Below, piece after piece: positions 22,833 to 33,846 of a stretch of DNA of 33,846 nucleotides. The stretch is from the NCBI GenBank assembly GCA_000934665.2, contig KZ539089.1, positions 1-33,846 of the forward strand. The letters run 5' to 3'. This DNA comes from Catajapyx aquilonaris (lineage: Eukaryota). Each line of letters begins with the position of its first letter. Position 1 is the stretch's first letter. A program made the position numbers and the translations under genes. Under the pieces are notes generated by a model that worked only from the letters and a program-made list of their open reading frames with translations, had not been told where the DNA came from and did not search any database.

Positions 22833-24818
22833 TCAGTTGGGTTCACACGGCTGTCCTTCGGTCGTTGCGGTTGGGCGCAACCAATCACAAAGCAGCATGA
22901 ACTTATACTTACTCGAGTCATCTCTGCTGGTGACAAAGTTCCCAAGCTTGAGGACATATGCGACGGTCAGAAATGTGGCCGCATTTGTCGGAAAGGAACG
23001 AATGAGCGTGGCGCAAAGGCCTCTCCAGAAGGCGGTCATTCCTTCCTGGGCGTAAGTGACACAAGTGCAATGCCAGGCTCCACGGAAGCGTCTTCTACCA
23101 TCCGGAGACGCGTCAGCTTGGACGCGAGATTTCACCACATCTATCGGGTATGTGAAAAGCCACGATGCTGCTCCGGACATACCACCTGACACCAGCAGCA
23201 CCCATGGTGGAAGTTCATCTTTGCTAACCACTCTTCTGGAGGTCAGAAGCACCGATTAGTGTCACATAATGCAATTTGACACGAACCAACGTACCTGCTG
23301 GCAAATGCGCGTGTGAGCCACTCGTATGTTGCAAAGTAAATCCCGAATGCAGGCACCTCTCTGCTGATGGTGACCCCTAGTCCACGGTAGACGCCGGAGA
23401 TGCCTTCGACGCGCCAGACGCCTCTGAGGCAATCTAGAGGCCCGGTTATGGCCTGGTGCGTTCCGGCCATGGCCAGCTGCAGCCTGGTCTTGGCCAGCTC
23501 CAGAGGGGTGGCCACGAAGCTTTGGGCCAGACCCGAGCAGGCCCCGGCCACGACGTGTGTCCAGAGGGCATCCGGATCGGGCATGCGACGCTGGATGTTG
23601 CCGTAGCTGCCGAAACCTATGGCGTTCACCACGGCTATTCCGGACAGAGGGGATGACAGCCCTTTGTACAACCCCACAACCTGAGAAAACAACAAGGCTT
23701 TAGGACCAGGCTCACTTTGAAGAACTTCCCTATGTTCAGAATCAGTATAATCAGGACTATAGGATAACAAAAGGCAGCTTATAGTGCACAGTACTATTAC
23801 TAGAAATTAGCATATCAGTCATCGGCTTCACGATTAGATAAAATGTAAGTATTGTCCACACGCGACAGTAATGATGAAACAATAATGTAAAAGAATCAGG
23901 TGCTTTAGCACATAGAGCAGTACTTCCTGGTGGAGCAACCTTTACGTGGAAATGTACAAACTAGTGATACTGACTCACAGCACATGACAAAATGTACGAT
24001 TACAGATATTCAGCAAATCTTGAATCCTGTAGTATCTCGTATGTGAATGAAATACACATCAACATTAGCTATTATTTTTTAAAATTATAATGTGGTGGTG
24101 AAATTCATTGTCAACAATGGCGCATGTCATAATTAAAATATGTCGCTGCTTTTGGAAGGATATAGCATTGTTGGTAACCGATGTATTCGAGAGTTAACAT
24201 TACCGGTACCGGCAGCCTGCAAATTGAATGCATAACTATATATGTGCATTTATGATGACGAGGCTATTTTGGAAACGCGGGATCACTTCTGGTTTATTCA
24301 CTGCCAGAAACAAATTGGCACTAAAACTGGTTGTACATCTCCACAATTGACAAAATCGACTGCACTGGACACAGCAATACGATGCTTAATTTTGCACAGA
24401 AACGCGTAACCGACACATTATGAGCACTCATTCCATCAGTATAATGTCAATAAAATTGGTTTCAAAAATACACGTCCTTACCGAATTTTGGTGAACAATT
24501 GACCTGAAGCAATCTAATGTGCCCTTGTAGTTTGGGTTGCGCATGTCTTGAGTTTGCAGGCGCACTTTCACAGTGTCGAAGGGATACCCCACTGTTATGC
24601 CAGCACAACCTGGAGAAATAATGCGACTCAAATAAATAAATAAATATGTACTAGTACATGCTACTTAAACAGTAAGCAATAAACAGGCACAAACTATCCA
24701 TGCTATTATAAATAAATAAAAATCAAATTAAACCCAATTCAATCAAATCGACTGGGTGACAGTAGTTGTAGCCTATATACTGACCTCCGACACAACCGGC
24801 CAGAAAATCCAACGCCAT
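22833..24818 (-). CDS. SLC25A29: Mitochondrial carrier, SLC25A29-like basic amino acid transporter, 316 aa
   Basis: Exons 24818-24785, 24609-24482, 23680-23295 and 23235-22833; GT-AG, 951 nt. N-terminus [30 protein letters not shown] and three Px[DE]xx[KR] motifs (PFDTVK, PLELAK, PIDVVK). Orthology within the SLC25A29/45/47/48 group is not resolved. Confidence 0.9.
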
Positions 24819-25526
24819 TATCTACCAACCAAACAAACAATGTATCTGTCTGCACACCCTTCCCCACACTGAACTCGAAGCTGGCCAAGCAATATTTTGA
24901 ACTCGCGCCGGCTTTTCCCTCAGCAGCACTTGTTACGTCACACCTAGCTCCATCGGGGGGTTTTCCCCCGAAGACTTCCGCTCTCGCGAAGTATTTCGGC
25001 GAAACAATTTACGACGATCGACCAGTAGTTCCCCGCTCAGAGGACCAGATCACCTGATGCTTATGCCCTAATGGATGTTCTCGTTTTATGCCAAGAAGAC
25101 GAATTCCATATGTTGCTTCTCTTTATGTCTGTCAGCATCTTATGGGCACGTTTATATTGCATATTGTAGGCTATACGTAGGTGGTGCAATATTTGGTCGC
25201 GTCATATTTTAAAATACTGTATCCATGTTAAGTGACATTTAAATCAGAAATATTTAATACAGTATTAAATTCTTAAATAGTTAATGAGTAATTTACTTTA
25301 ATAATTTTACATTAATTTCATCCCCCACTTGGGGACTATGGCAGTGCACCACCCTGTGGTTTCGTGTTTAATCAATATTTAAAACATTAATAAACATATA
25401 CTGTAAATAATTATTATAAATTAATGTCGGACTATAGTTCATGGTTGCAATTGCGTTAGGGAAGTTTCCCATGGTATATCATGTTTCTAACGTGGATACG
25501 CCCCCCATGGCCTGAAGCTCACTTGG
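24819..25526. promoter_or_regulatory. Probable bidirectional promoter region between SLC25A29-like and amnionless
   Basis: Divergent start codons with 708 bp between them; CpG-rich patch near 24900-25040 containing TCTCGCGA. Confidence 0.55.
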
Positions 25527-26955
25527 ATGATGGATATCTCTCGTTACGTCTGCGTTGTCATTCTTCTGTGCGTAGGTATGCACTCAGATTGTACCGTACG
25601 TCTAGTTTTTGTACCCTCTCAAATTGTGACCGTGCAGGTGGAGCCGTGTCGTTCGACAAGACATGGCGATGGGACACAAACTTCGACAACAGCTCAAACT
25701 GGGTACGGAAGCAGGTACCGTGCGAGAGAAGTGTGGTCGTCTTCCCTCCGGACATGGTCCTAGCCTCCATGCTACCCTCCAGGACCATAGTCCTTCGAGG
25801 CCTGGTCCTGCCCAAAGATGGTGTCCTCCTTCTGCCCAAAGACGGTGGTCTCATCATCACTGACCAAAGCACTGGATATTCCTGCCCGGACACGGAGGTC
25901 CACTTTGTCCAGTCCGAACCTAGAGACTGGTACGACCCGGACTCATGGACATTAGACATGGAACAGGAAGCACACCGTAGAGCCATACCACACTCTGAAC
26001 AGGTACCGTGCCATACCGACACAGCCATATTCCCATCAGGACGTACCGTACATGTCAAAATACCATCAGTTGGTGCCGAAGTTGGACAACTCAACATCGA
26101 CGGTCAGGTACGGTCATGTCATGTCAGGTTACTCCAGCAATCAACGTTGTTTTCATTTCAGAACCTGGAGCAACATACGTCAGCATCGTTCCTACGTACT
26201 TCTCTAGGTCGTGCCCAGTTCATTCCCGAGAACGGGTCTAGTCTGAACGTGACCAAAGCAACGTGCACAGACGTCACCGGTTGTCCTTGCGCTACTGACC
26301 GACCCGAAGAGTTGGAAATGGTATGCGCAGAGCAGGTACCCAAGTGCGGGCAGGTACATTGCACCCAACCCATCATGCCTACTGGTCATTGCTGCGATTT
26401 TTGCGGTCAGTACTGCAGATACTTGGGTATCCCCCAGTCCAGAAGATTGTGTATTTCCTTGTCCTTGCAGGCGCATTTTTAGCGATGGAATTCGAGGCAC
26501 GCCGCTTCCGCTGGGAAACTTTTCACCAAAGTGTTCGCCAGTTCATCCGGCGCAAAGGGTACGTTTTCCCATCCTATAAGATTGGGGGGCATTAATGTAA
26601 TGGTTCAATTTTAGTTACAGCACTGACGTCATCCTGCACGCGGGGAAAATCAGCTATGACGTGGTGCAAGTAGTTCTGGCAGACAAGTCCGAAAGTGGGT
26701 ACGGCGAATCGGGCGTCGCGGCGGCATCGGCGCTCCTGGCATATTTACAAGGAGGTCAGCTACTCACCTGAGTCACAACCTCAATGGCTTTACGTCATAA
26801 CCAGATCTTGAATGAAGTTGAACTTTCTCTTCACAGTGCAACTTATGTTATGACGCGGTAGTCGCAAGGTCACGTAATCAAGTCGAACTTGACCTCGTGC
26901 ACTACTTCCTGAAACAAACTGAAGTCATTACGCGCAAATTACCCATAATTTCCCA

Positions 26956-27021
<66 letters not shown>

Positions 27022-27797
27022 GTAGATGATGGTAAAGACCTGGGTGTGGTGAAGGTGTCGTTGAAGACATCCGGAGGACCTGCTCCTGGTTGGGGAAGAC
27101 TGGAAGGCGGATCACCAGGCATTTTCGCCATATTGGCTATCCTGGTGATGTTGGGGCTTCTGGCTCTTCTGGCCTGGCTCTACAGGAAGGGCCGTCTGGT
27201 GCCGGCCTTGCGGATCATCCAGAGCAGGCTTCCTCCGATGCCTCAGGTGTCCCTGGGGAGACTGCCCAACCTGATGGCAGCCATGAGGGTCAGAGGGGTC
27301 AAAGGTGGCTCAGGGGTGCAGAACCTGCCACCCTTCAGATTCGCCCGATTCGATAATGACGAGCCTGGTGCAGGGGCAGCCGGGGTCGAATTGGGGGCCA
27401 GCGAGATGGGGAAGGCCTTCGAAAATCCTCTCTTTGGACATGAGGTCGGGTCAATGATTGCCATGAGAATCTGATATATGTGCTAGAGAAGACACATTTG
27501 ACTGATATTTGATGTTAAGCAGACATCAGACTTTAGCACAGCGACTCGGATTTAAAATTAATGAAAGCTTACTGTTGATTAAGTTTCTTGATAATTAACG
27601 TATAATTAATTAGTTATACATTAAGCACAGGGTGAATTGTTTAATTATTATTTATTTAATTTGCTTATTTGAACTATTGTTCTCCACAGGATGCGCCACC
27701 ATCTGAAGGAACGACCTTGACTAATCAGTCGTTCGAGTCTAGCGATAAGGAAGATGACGAAGACAAGAAAGGACCACTCGTGCAATTAGACGACTGA
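25527..27797 (+). CDS. AMN: Protein amnionless (cubilin co-receptor), ~505 aa
   Basis: Exons 25527-25575, 25638-26107, 26162-26405, 26471-26558, 26615-26754, 27026-27444 and 27690-27797; GT-AG, 1518 nt. Signal peptide, KTWRWDTNFDNSSNW, PHSEQVPC, Cys-rich CTDVTGCPC...PTGHCCDFCGA, one TM helix, and cytoplasmic FARFDN and FENPLF (FxNPxF) motifs. Confidence 0.93.
26956..27021. repeat. (TAT)n microsatellite, ~22 units
   Basis: Pure trinucleotide run ending just before the AG acceptor at 27024-27025. Confidence 0.98.
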
Positions 27798-29065
27798 CGT
27801 GCTTGTAAATGTTTCATGATTCTGTTGTGTAGTAATGTCTCGCGATAGAATAATAATTATCTTACACTTTTATTATACAGTGTGGTGTCCACCCAGGTTA
27901 AAAGCGGTTTGAAGAAGTGACAGATTGTTAACCCCCAATTATGCCTGTAATTATGGCCAGTCGTAATTGTTGTTTGCCTCTGAACTGGTTGCAGCCGTAG
28001 TCGTAGTTTCTTTACTTACCTTAAACAGAGAGCTTGGGCTGTGCACCACCCTGTACACACCGTAGGGATGTTCCTGTACTTGAAATGCCATCAGAACAAT
28101 ACTGTACATGTTGTTAAATAAACAATACTGATCCATAGGAATGCGATGCATAATAAACATCCATCGCGAATTCGCAATGGTAATATAATTAGTCGCCAGC
28201 GCGACAAATACAATAAAGATAACGCTGTCGGAGTTTGGCAGAAACTTTGATGAGAATCCCTCATTTCCGAATCCACCCCCAGCAGCACTGTATTGACATT
28301 TCCTTAACTTTATTCGCATATAGTTTCCAACTGACGGGTATGACTCGTCTGAAAAGTCTGCAAAGGGCGTCCAGTTCATGTCTCGACTTTTCAGTATTAT
28401 TCCACTTCCTAAGGCGCTTTGCAAGATTCGTCACCAAATCGTAACTTTGTTCGTTTCTTCAAGGCCTCGGGTCACTTGTCAGCTTCCATTCAATAGATAC
28501 CCAAAAATGAAAAGTACAAAAAAAAATTGGTTGATAAGAACAAAATTATTGTTTTTATTGATCTCCAATGTTGTGTACGTACGAGGTATACAAATATGGT
28601 GTGCATTATTTTGGTTTTATTTGAATTACTTCGACGTGGTCAGCAGCCAGGTGATCTGACAGAGTGACAGCATCCAGGTGGTCAGCAGAAGTAGCAATAG
28701 CTTCCACTTGCTGTCTTATAGAACATGGAAGGAAGATGGTCATACATATCCGATCTAACATTAAAAAATTCCACGCTTGTAATAGGTAGTCTATCTACAG
28801 TTTACAGAATATGTCCTGCCAACACCCATTTTTAAAACAGTGCAATTGTGTTTTATTTAAAAAAAACAGCAGTAAATACAATCAGTTAACCTGCCCGCCG
28901 CTTTTCCAGCCCACCGCGGCGGGGCAAACCTATCCTAAGCTAACTTTCGCCCAAGCTTTGCTTTCTCTGGGTCTTGCGAGAGTCAGACCGTGCCGGAAGG
29001 CCTCAAGGAGACGTACAATATTAATTTCCGTATTAACAGTGAAATCTGTATATAACGGTGGTGGA

Positions 29066-29664
29066 ATTTGGTGGAATGAGCTTAACCGGCGGGAGTCAGG
29101 AGGATGGATATGTTAGGCTAGGTTACCGTTGGGTCCGGCAGGTTCCGACCGGCCAAATTACACCCAAACCTACCTGGAGAGTCACTCGCATGAATGGTTA
29201 TGTTACCCGCCGGCTGGACCTAAGAATTCCATCTGAAAGACTCGTGAATGTAAAGTAGGGTTACTCCCGCCGCGGCGGGAGTAACCCAAGGTTCTACGCG
29301 TGGTCCGTCATGGACAGGTTTAACTGTTAATCTGAAAGCCCGGGGGATGAAAGCTTAGGTTAGGTTAGTCCCGCCGACCGGCTGGACCCCACAACTCCAT
29401 CTGACAGATTCGGGAATGTAATGTTAGGTTACTCCCGCCGCAGCGGAATAATCTAACCCAACATCATATTCGCGAGGCTTTCAGATGGAGTTCTGGGGTC
29501 CTGCCGGCGGGACTAAACTAACCTTCCATGCGACTGACTCTACAGGTAGATTTAAGTGTGATTTCGCCGGTCGAGACCTGCCGTACCCGACCTTAGCCTA
29601 ACCTAACATTCATACGCCTGACTCCCGCCGGTGCCTCCCGCCGGTTAAGCTCATTCCACCAAAT
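29066..29664. mobile_element. Modular foldback/MITE-like element with TTAGG-like motifs
   Basis: 30-bp perfect TIR ATTTGGTGGAATGAGCTTAACCGGCGGGAG, extended by >100 bp of imperfect inverted similarity. Internal direct repeats (~29205-29278 / ~29370-29446) and a perfect 30-bp palindrome at 29258-29287. Confidence 0.75.
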
Positions 29665-29673
29665 GGAGTTTCT

Positions 29674-29941
29674 GGCATGGCAAACCTAACCTTTCACGCG
29701 AGTGACTCTCCAGGTGGATTTTGGCATGTCGGAACCTGCCGCAACCGAACTGAACCTAACTAAACCTAACCTAACTTTACATTCGCGAGTCTTTCCTTGC
29801 GAGACCAACCAGCTTCCTGGAGAGTCAGTCGCATGAAAAGTTAGGTTAGGTTTAGTTCGGTTCAGTTCGGTTGCGGCAGGTTCCGACATGCCAAAATCCA
29901 CCTGGAGAGTCACTCGCGTGAAAGGTTAGGTTTGCCATGCC
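29674..29941. repeat. Near-perfect inverted repeat, 105-bp arms, 58-bp spacer
   Basis: 29674-29778 is the reverse complement of 29837-29941 with one mismatch seen; it shares CCTGGAGAGTCACTCGC with the neighbouring element. Confidence 0.92.
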
Positions 29942-30026
29942 TGGGATGCTGGGAGCGAGGTTTTCCGATTGTTTTTTGATTTGTTTGTGTCCTCTCCTCC
30001 TGGAAGGAGAGGTGGGCCTCCCCAAC

Positions 30027-30096
30027 CCAAAAATCAGTTTAATATTCTGGTCCCCATTTCGGGGACGTATCAGATATTAAGCTGATAAGAACAGAT
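30027..30096 (-). ncRNA. U2: U2 snRNA internal fragment (about nt 38-107), non-functional
   Basis: Minus strand ATCTGTTCTTATCAGCTTAATATCTGATACGTCCCCGAAATGGGGACCAGAATATTAAACTGATTTTTGG, containing stem IIa, stem IIb and the Sm site. The 5' part (stem I, GTAGT branch-pairing region) and 3' stem-loops III/IV are absent. Confidence 0.92.
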
Positions 30097-30217
30097 TAAT
30101 TCTCATTTATTTCCTGGGTAGACATAACGTGATTGTACAAGGAGATTCATCTAAATAGCTCTAAATTTCCTAAAGGAGAAAAGACAGAAATGCCAATGGT
30201 TTTATTTTGAACTGTAA

Positions 30218-31135
30218 TTAATACCCTTGTCTCCGTAGGTCCCCGGCGAGGTAATCCGTGTACATGTCTCTGGGCCATCGAACGGCATCGCTGACGCACA
30301 GCCTCCGCAGCGTCGCCAGATAGGTCCTACTGCAAAAGCGCCGCAAGACCTTGTCGTTTCTTGGATCCCAGGACCCCAGGGCGCCCACCACTATCGCCTC
30401 CACCGTTACACGACGGAAGCGCTGCTGGAGTGTGGTTGCCAGTGGAGCATACTTAACCTCTTTTCTTTCTCGAGTCTCCCGGAGAGCCTCCGGGCGGTTG
30501 TCGAAGGGGACGGTGACATCGATGATGATGGCCGTGTCACGCCCCTGAGTGAGCAGCAGGTCCGGGCGAAGAGGGCAACCAGGCGTCACCTGCTGATTCG
30601 CCCTCTCCACGGTGTACTTGGAACCTGCTGCTCGCGAAATCCGGTCCACGATGGTGTTGTGGCGCTTCTGGTAGTTGACTCCATGTCTCCGCATGCAGTG
30701 CCCCAAGACGTGCGGAAGAGTCTCGTGTTGTTCAGGGCACCTTCTGCAGGCCTTCGATGACGTGGACCACACCTTGCAGCCATTGAGAGGTACTGTTCCC
30801 ACCCTGGCGCTGTGAATGAAGCGCCAGTCTGCGAACCTGGTGTACCCGCCAGTGGCCACAAAGAGGGAGGAGCTGGTGTGTAGTGCGACGCACTGCATAA
30901 CTTTCCCTTGGGCGGGGAGACTGTGCAGGCGAGCGTCCCGGGTCCTCCTCAGCGCCTGGCGTAGGATGGTGGTCAGTTTTCTGCGGCATTGCGGGGGAAC
31001 TTTTGCTGCTCCCATGGCCAGGGTGGGGAGGTCGTTGGTGAAGGACCACTTTACTCCCAGTCTCGCTGACTGCCTTCCGACCGTCCGTCCAGGTGTTGGC
31101 CCTCCTGGACGTGGAGAGGTGGAACTCCCCCTCAT
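30218..31135 (-). pseudogene. Zinc knuckle + RLE endonuclease portion of the retrotransposon ORF
   Basis: FADWRFIHSAR, CRRC..ETLPHVLGHC, RHN, RPDLL..IIIDVTVPF..RKEVKY, VGALGSW. Separated from the RT by further frameshifts at ~31270-31100. Confidence 0.92.
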
Positions 31136-31200
31136 TTCCCGCGGACAGGAACCGGGCTACGTCGCTTCGCTCCCATCCACCTCCCTCCGGAGGCGCGCAC

Positions 31201-32682
31201 TCACTGTTCCTTTAAGTTGGGTGTGAGCCATTCGCGCAACCCCCGGGTCGGGAGAGGTCGGGAGCTTGAACCGGTATCCAGCCGGAACAGGTCTGAGTCT
31301 TCTACAGCGAGGGGGAGGCCACATGCTCCAGCCTTCCTGCAGCGGGAAAAATAGTCATTGGCGGTCCTATCTGGCAGGTACAGCGTCTTCTTCAACCCCG
31401 GTCGCAGGGCCTTGTCTAGACGAGCCCAGGCGTTCTTTGGCTGGGTCCCCATCCTGACGTCAAACACCATTGCCGAGTAGAAAAAGGTTTTGAGGGCATC
31501 AAGTCGCTGCCAGGGGGCAAGAAGGGATGTTAGAATCTTGTCCCCAGCAGCGATGAACTCGTCGATGTCACCGCGCGGCGGGACAGCATGGAACCCCACC
31601 GGGCGTCCGAGGAAGTTGGTGGACTCCCCCTCGGACAGGTGTGGAACCGGCTGCCCCCAGAGACTGAAGACGGTGGGCCGGGGACCCGCGGGTGACCTAC
31701 CAGAGAGATGAAGGGTCACCGTCTTCCTGGCATTGACCCCGATGGAGATCCTGGCCGTTTCACGCGCGACCAGGTCCATAAGCTGTTGTAGTTCCTCCGG
31801 GCTACCAGCCAACAGCGTGATGTCGTCCGCAAAGGCGAGGACATGGTGTTCGCCCTCGCCTGGCTGGATCGCCCAGAGTACCGGGTCAATGGCCAGGTTA
31901 AAGAGAATGCTGGACAGGGGGTCGCCCTGTCGGATGCCACATTCAGTTCGGATGGAGGCGGAAGGACCCTCAGCAGTCAGGATGGTGGTGGTGCCGTCCC
32001 GGTACAAATCCACGGCGACTTCGACGAAGGCATCCCCCACTCCGGCCGCTCGAAGGGAGGCTTCAACTGCACCGTGAGGCACTGAGGTGTAAGCTGCCGA
32101 GAGGTCCAGCCAACCAATGCAAACGTCCTCCTTCCCGTCCAGCGCCCTGCCCATGGCCTCCTGGAGCACAAAATTGTGCTCCAGGACACCGTCGTAGGGG
32201 CGGAAGCCCTTCTGTCCGCAGTGAAGGACCTGGTACCCCTCCAGCCATGTTGACAGTCTGGCAGCGACGCACCCAGAATAGAGTTTGGCTATCGTCCTCA
32301 GGATGGAGATCGGCCGCCAGTTGGCCGGGTCTGCCGTGTCCCCCTTCTTGTAGATAAGCACGGTGGATGATGTTCTCCATGAGTCAGGAACCCGGCGGAA
32401 CCGGTGACAGATGTTGAAGACGGTCGTCAACAGAGCTGCCTCCGGGTCCAGTCCCCGCCAGTGACCATACGTGATCCTATCCTCCCCAGGGGCAGAGTTC
32501 TCGCACCTACGGAGGCGACCACCAACCTCGCTCTGGGTGAAACGCCCCATTGGAACCTCGGGTCGCTCCCTCCTTTGGGTATAGAAGGAAGAAGGGTCAC
32601 ATGGCCGCGGCTGGTACACCTCCTGGAAGTACTGCTCCAGCTGCTCCTTCCCAATGGTGCATCTGGCACCTTCTCCCTGCAT
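31201..32682 (-). pseudogene. Reverse transcriptase portion of the retrotransposon ORF
   Basis: SAPGEDRI, NWRPISIL, QKGF, WLDLSAAYTSVPH, GIRQGDPLSSILFN, LAFADD, FLG. Frameshifts near 32750, 32707 (IQALYSR/NRRRAVRLIM) and ~31270. Confidence 0.92.
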
Positions 32683-33846
32683 GATCAGCCGGACCGCCCG
32701 CCTCCTGTGCGGCTATATAATGCCTGGATGGTCTGGGCATCATTGACATCTAGGGGGGTCGATTCGGAGCAGGGGACCTACGGGGAGGCAGCTTGATGGT
32801 AGTGGCCGCCGTGGCTGTCACCTCCTCCAGAACAGTCTGGAATCGCTCCCACAGCTCCTCTGATGGTTCCCTCTCAAGGATGTCTAGAAGCTGTGGCAGG
32901 TGGTCATGGACGGCAGTGTGGCCGTCGGGGCTCAGGATATCCTCCATCAATGGACAGGTAGATTCTCAGACGGTGGAGCCGTCTAGCGGGCGGAAAGTGC
33001 AGTTTTTACAGGATAGAAGAGCGACTCGTGCTTGGCTCACACAGTGGGGTCGGAAGTCACAATAATGTTTCACTTCTGGCAGAGAAGATGCCATTTACTG
33101 TGCTGATACTACATCCCTTCCTGAACGTAAATAGCCCCAGACCACAAGTTATAAGGCTCTAATTAGCCCGTAATTAATTCATCAAAATGGTGGTATTCAG
33201 GAAATATATATTGCGGAATTCCACTCTTATTTACAGCTATTCATCATGTATGACATGTTATTTTCACACACGTTGTAGTGTAAAACTAAATATTAAATAA
33301 TTTTAAATGGTCATTTTATCATTATAACATTAAATAAGGCCGCCAAAAGTCGGAAAATAAACTTTTCAGCTACATGGTCATGTTTGGTATGAAATCATGT
33401 GTTTTTGAGGGTGCAGAATTCAGTGGTGGCACCGAAAATAGTACCAGACAATTCCAGAAGTAATACAGCGAAACCTGTCTATAACGGACCCTGCTTATAG
33501 CGTAAACCTGTCCATCAGGGAAAATTTTTAGGGTCTCGATTCTGCTATACACAGGTTTCATAGTAATAAACTCTTTGAAAAGATGTACCTATGTTTTCAT
33601 TTTACACAGACCGTCAGACACTAGAAGTGGAATTAATTATACAGCAGCTAATGTGCATTTTAGAAAGATAAGATGTGTTTATAGTTTTTAAAAAATTAGT
33701 CCGAGCATCCCATCCGACCACTGGGTAATGCAATCAGAACCATTCGTACACATCATTTCTTGAACATCGACCTTCACATGGGCGTAACAGGGTAGCTACA
33801 TTGAAAAAACAAGTTTTTCGCGAATTTACATAAAGAGCACCGTTTC

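Larger units (their letters stand above)
30097..32950 (-). mobile_element. Utopia-like (NeSL/R2 group) RLE non-LTR retrotransposon, degenerate and apparently 5'-truncated
   Basis: RT followed by a CCHC knuckle and restriction-like endonuclease. The 3' UTR has AATAAA (30111-30106) ~10 nt before a junction with U2 TCTGTTCTTATCAG, the known Utopia target. The 5' boundary is uncertain (32950-33110). Confidence 0.9.

Noticed and set aside
25481..25526. ORF-track N-terminus MFLTWIRPP for amnionless
   Set aside because: Lacks a signal peptide; the spliced start at 25527 gives one with a phase-compatible intron.
27951..28424. 157-aa minus-strand ORF and a possible small exon near 28020-28074 with a good GTAAGT donor
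   Set aside because: No recognisable homology or supported neighbouring exons; needs RNA-seq.
1..33846. CRISPR arrays, operons or prokaryotic defence systems
   Set aside because: The sequence is eukaryotic, has no regularly spaced repeat-spacer array, and the RT is a non-LTR retrotransposon type.

Overview
Eukaryotic, intron-containing animal DNA, most likely a pancrustacean arthropod (inferred from GPA2/GPB5 sequence style, tRNA-SINEs and TTAGG-rich repeats), with two assembly gaps. Five spliced genes can be rebuilt by hand with GT-AG introns and intact frames. They are the convergent glycoprotein-hormone pair GPA2 (+) and GPB5 (-), a KLHL10-like BTB-BACK-Kelch gene (-), an SLC25A29-like mitochondrial carrier (-) and amnionless (+), the last two head-to-head. 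The right end holds a frameshifted, apparently 5'-truncated RLE-type non-LTR retrotransposon (Utopia-like). Its 3' end is joined to the internal part of a U2 snRNA sequence, but the rest of the U2 gene is missing. Non-coding space is dense with MITEs, SINEs, DINE-like elements and palindromes. These include a ~650-bp-arm inverted repeat bracketed by three tRNA-like heads, tandem hairpins with microsatellite arms, and a modular foldback cluster. All calls are by eye; no searches were run.
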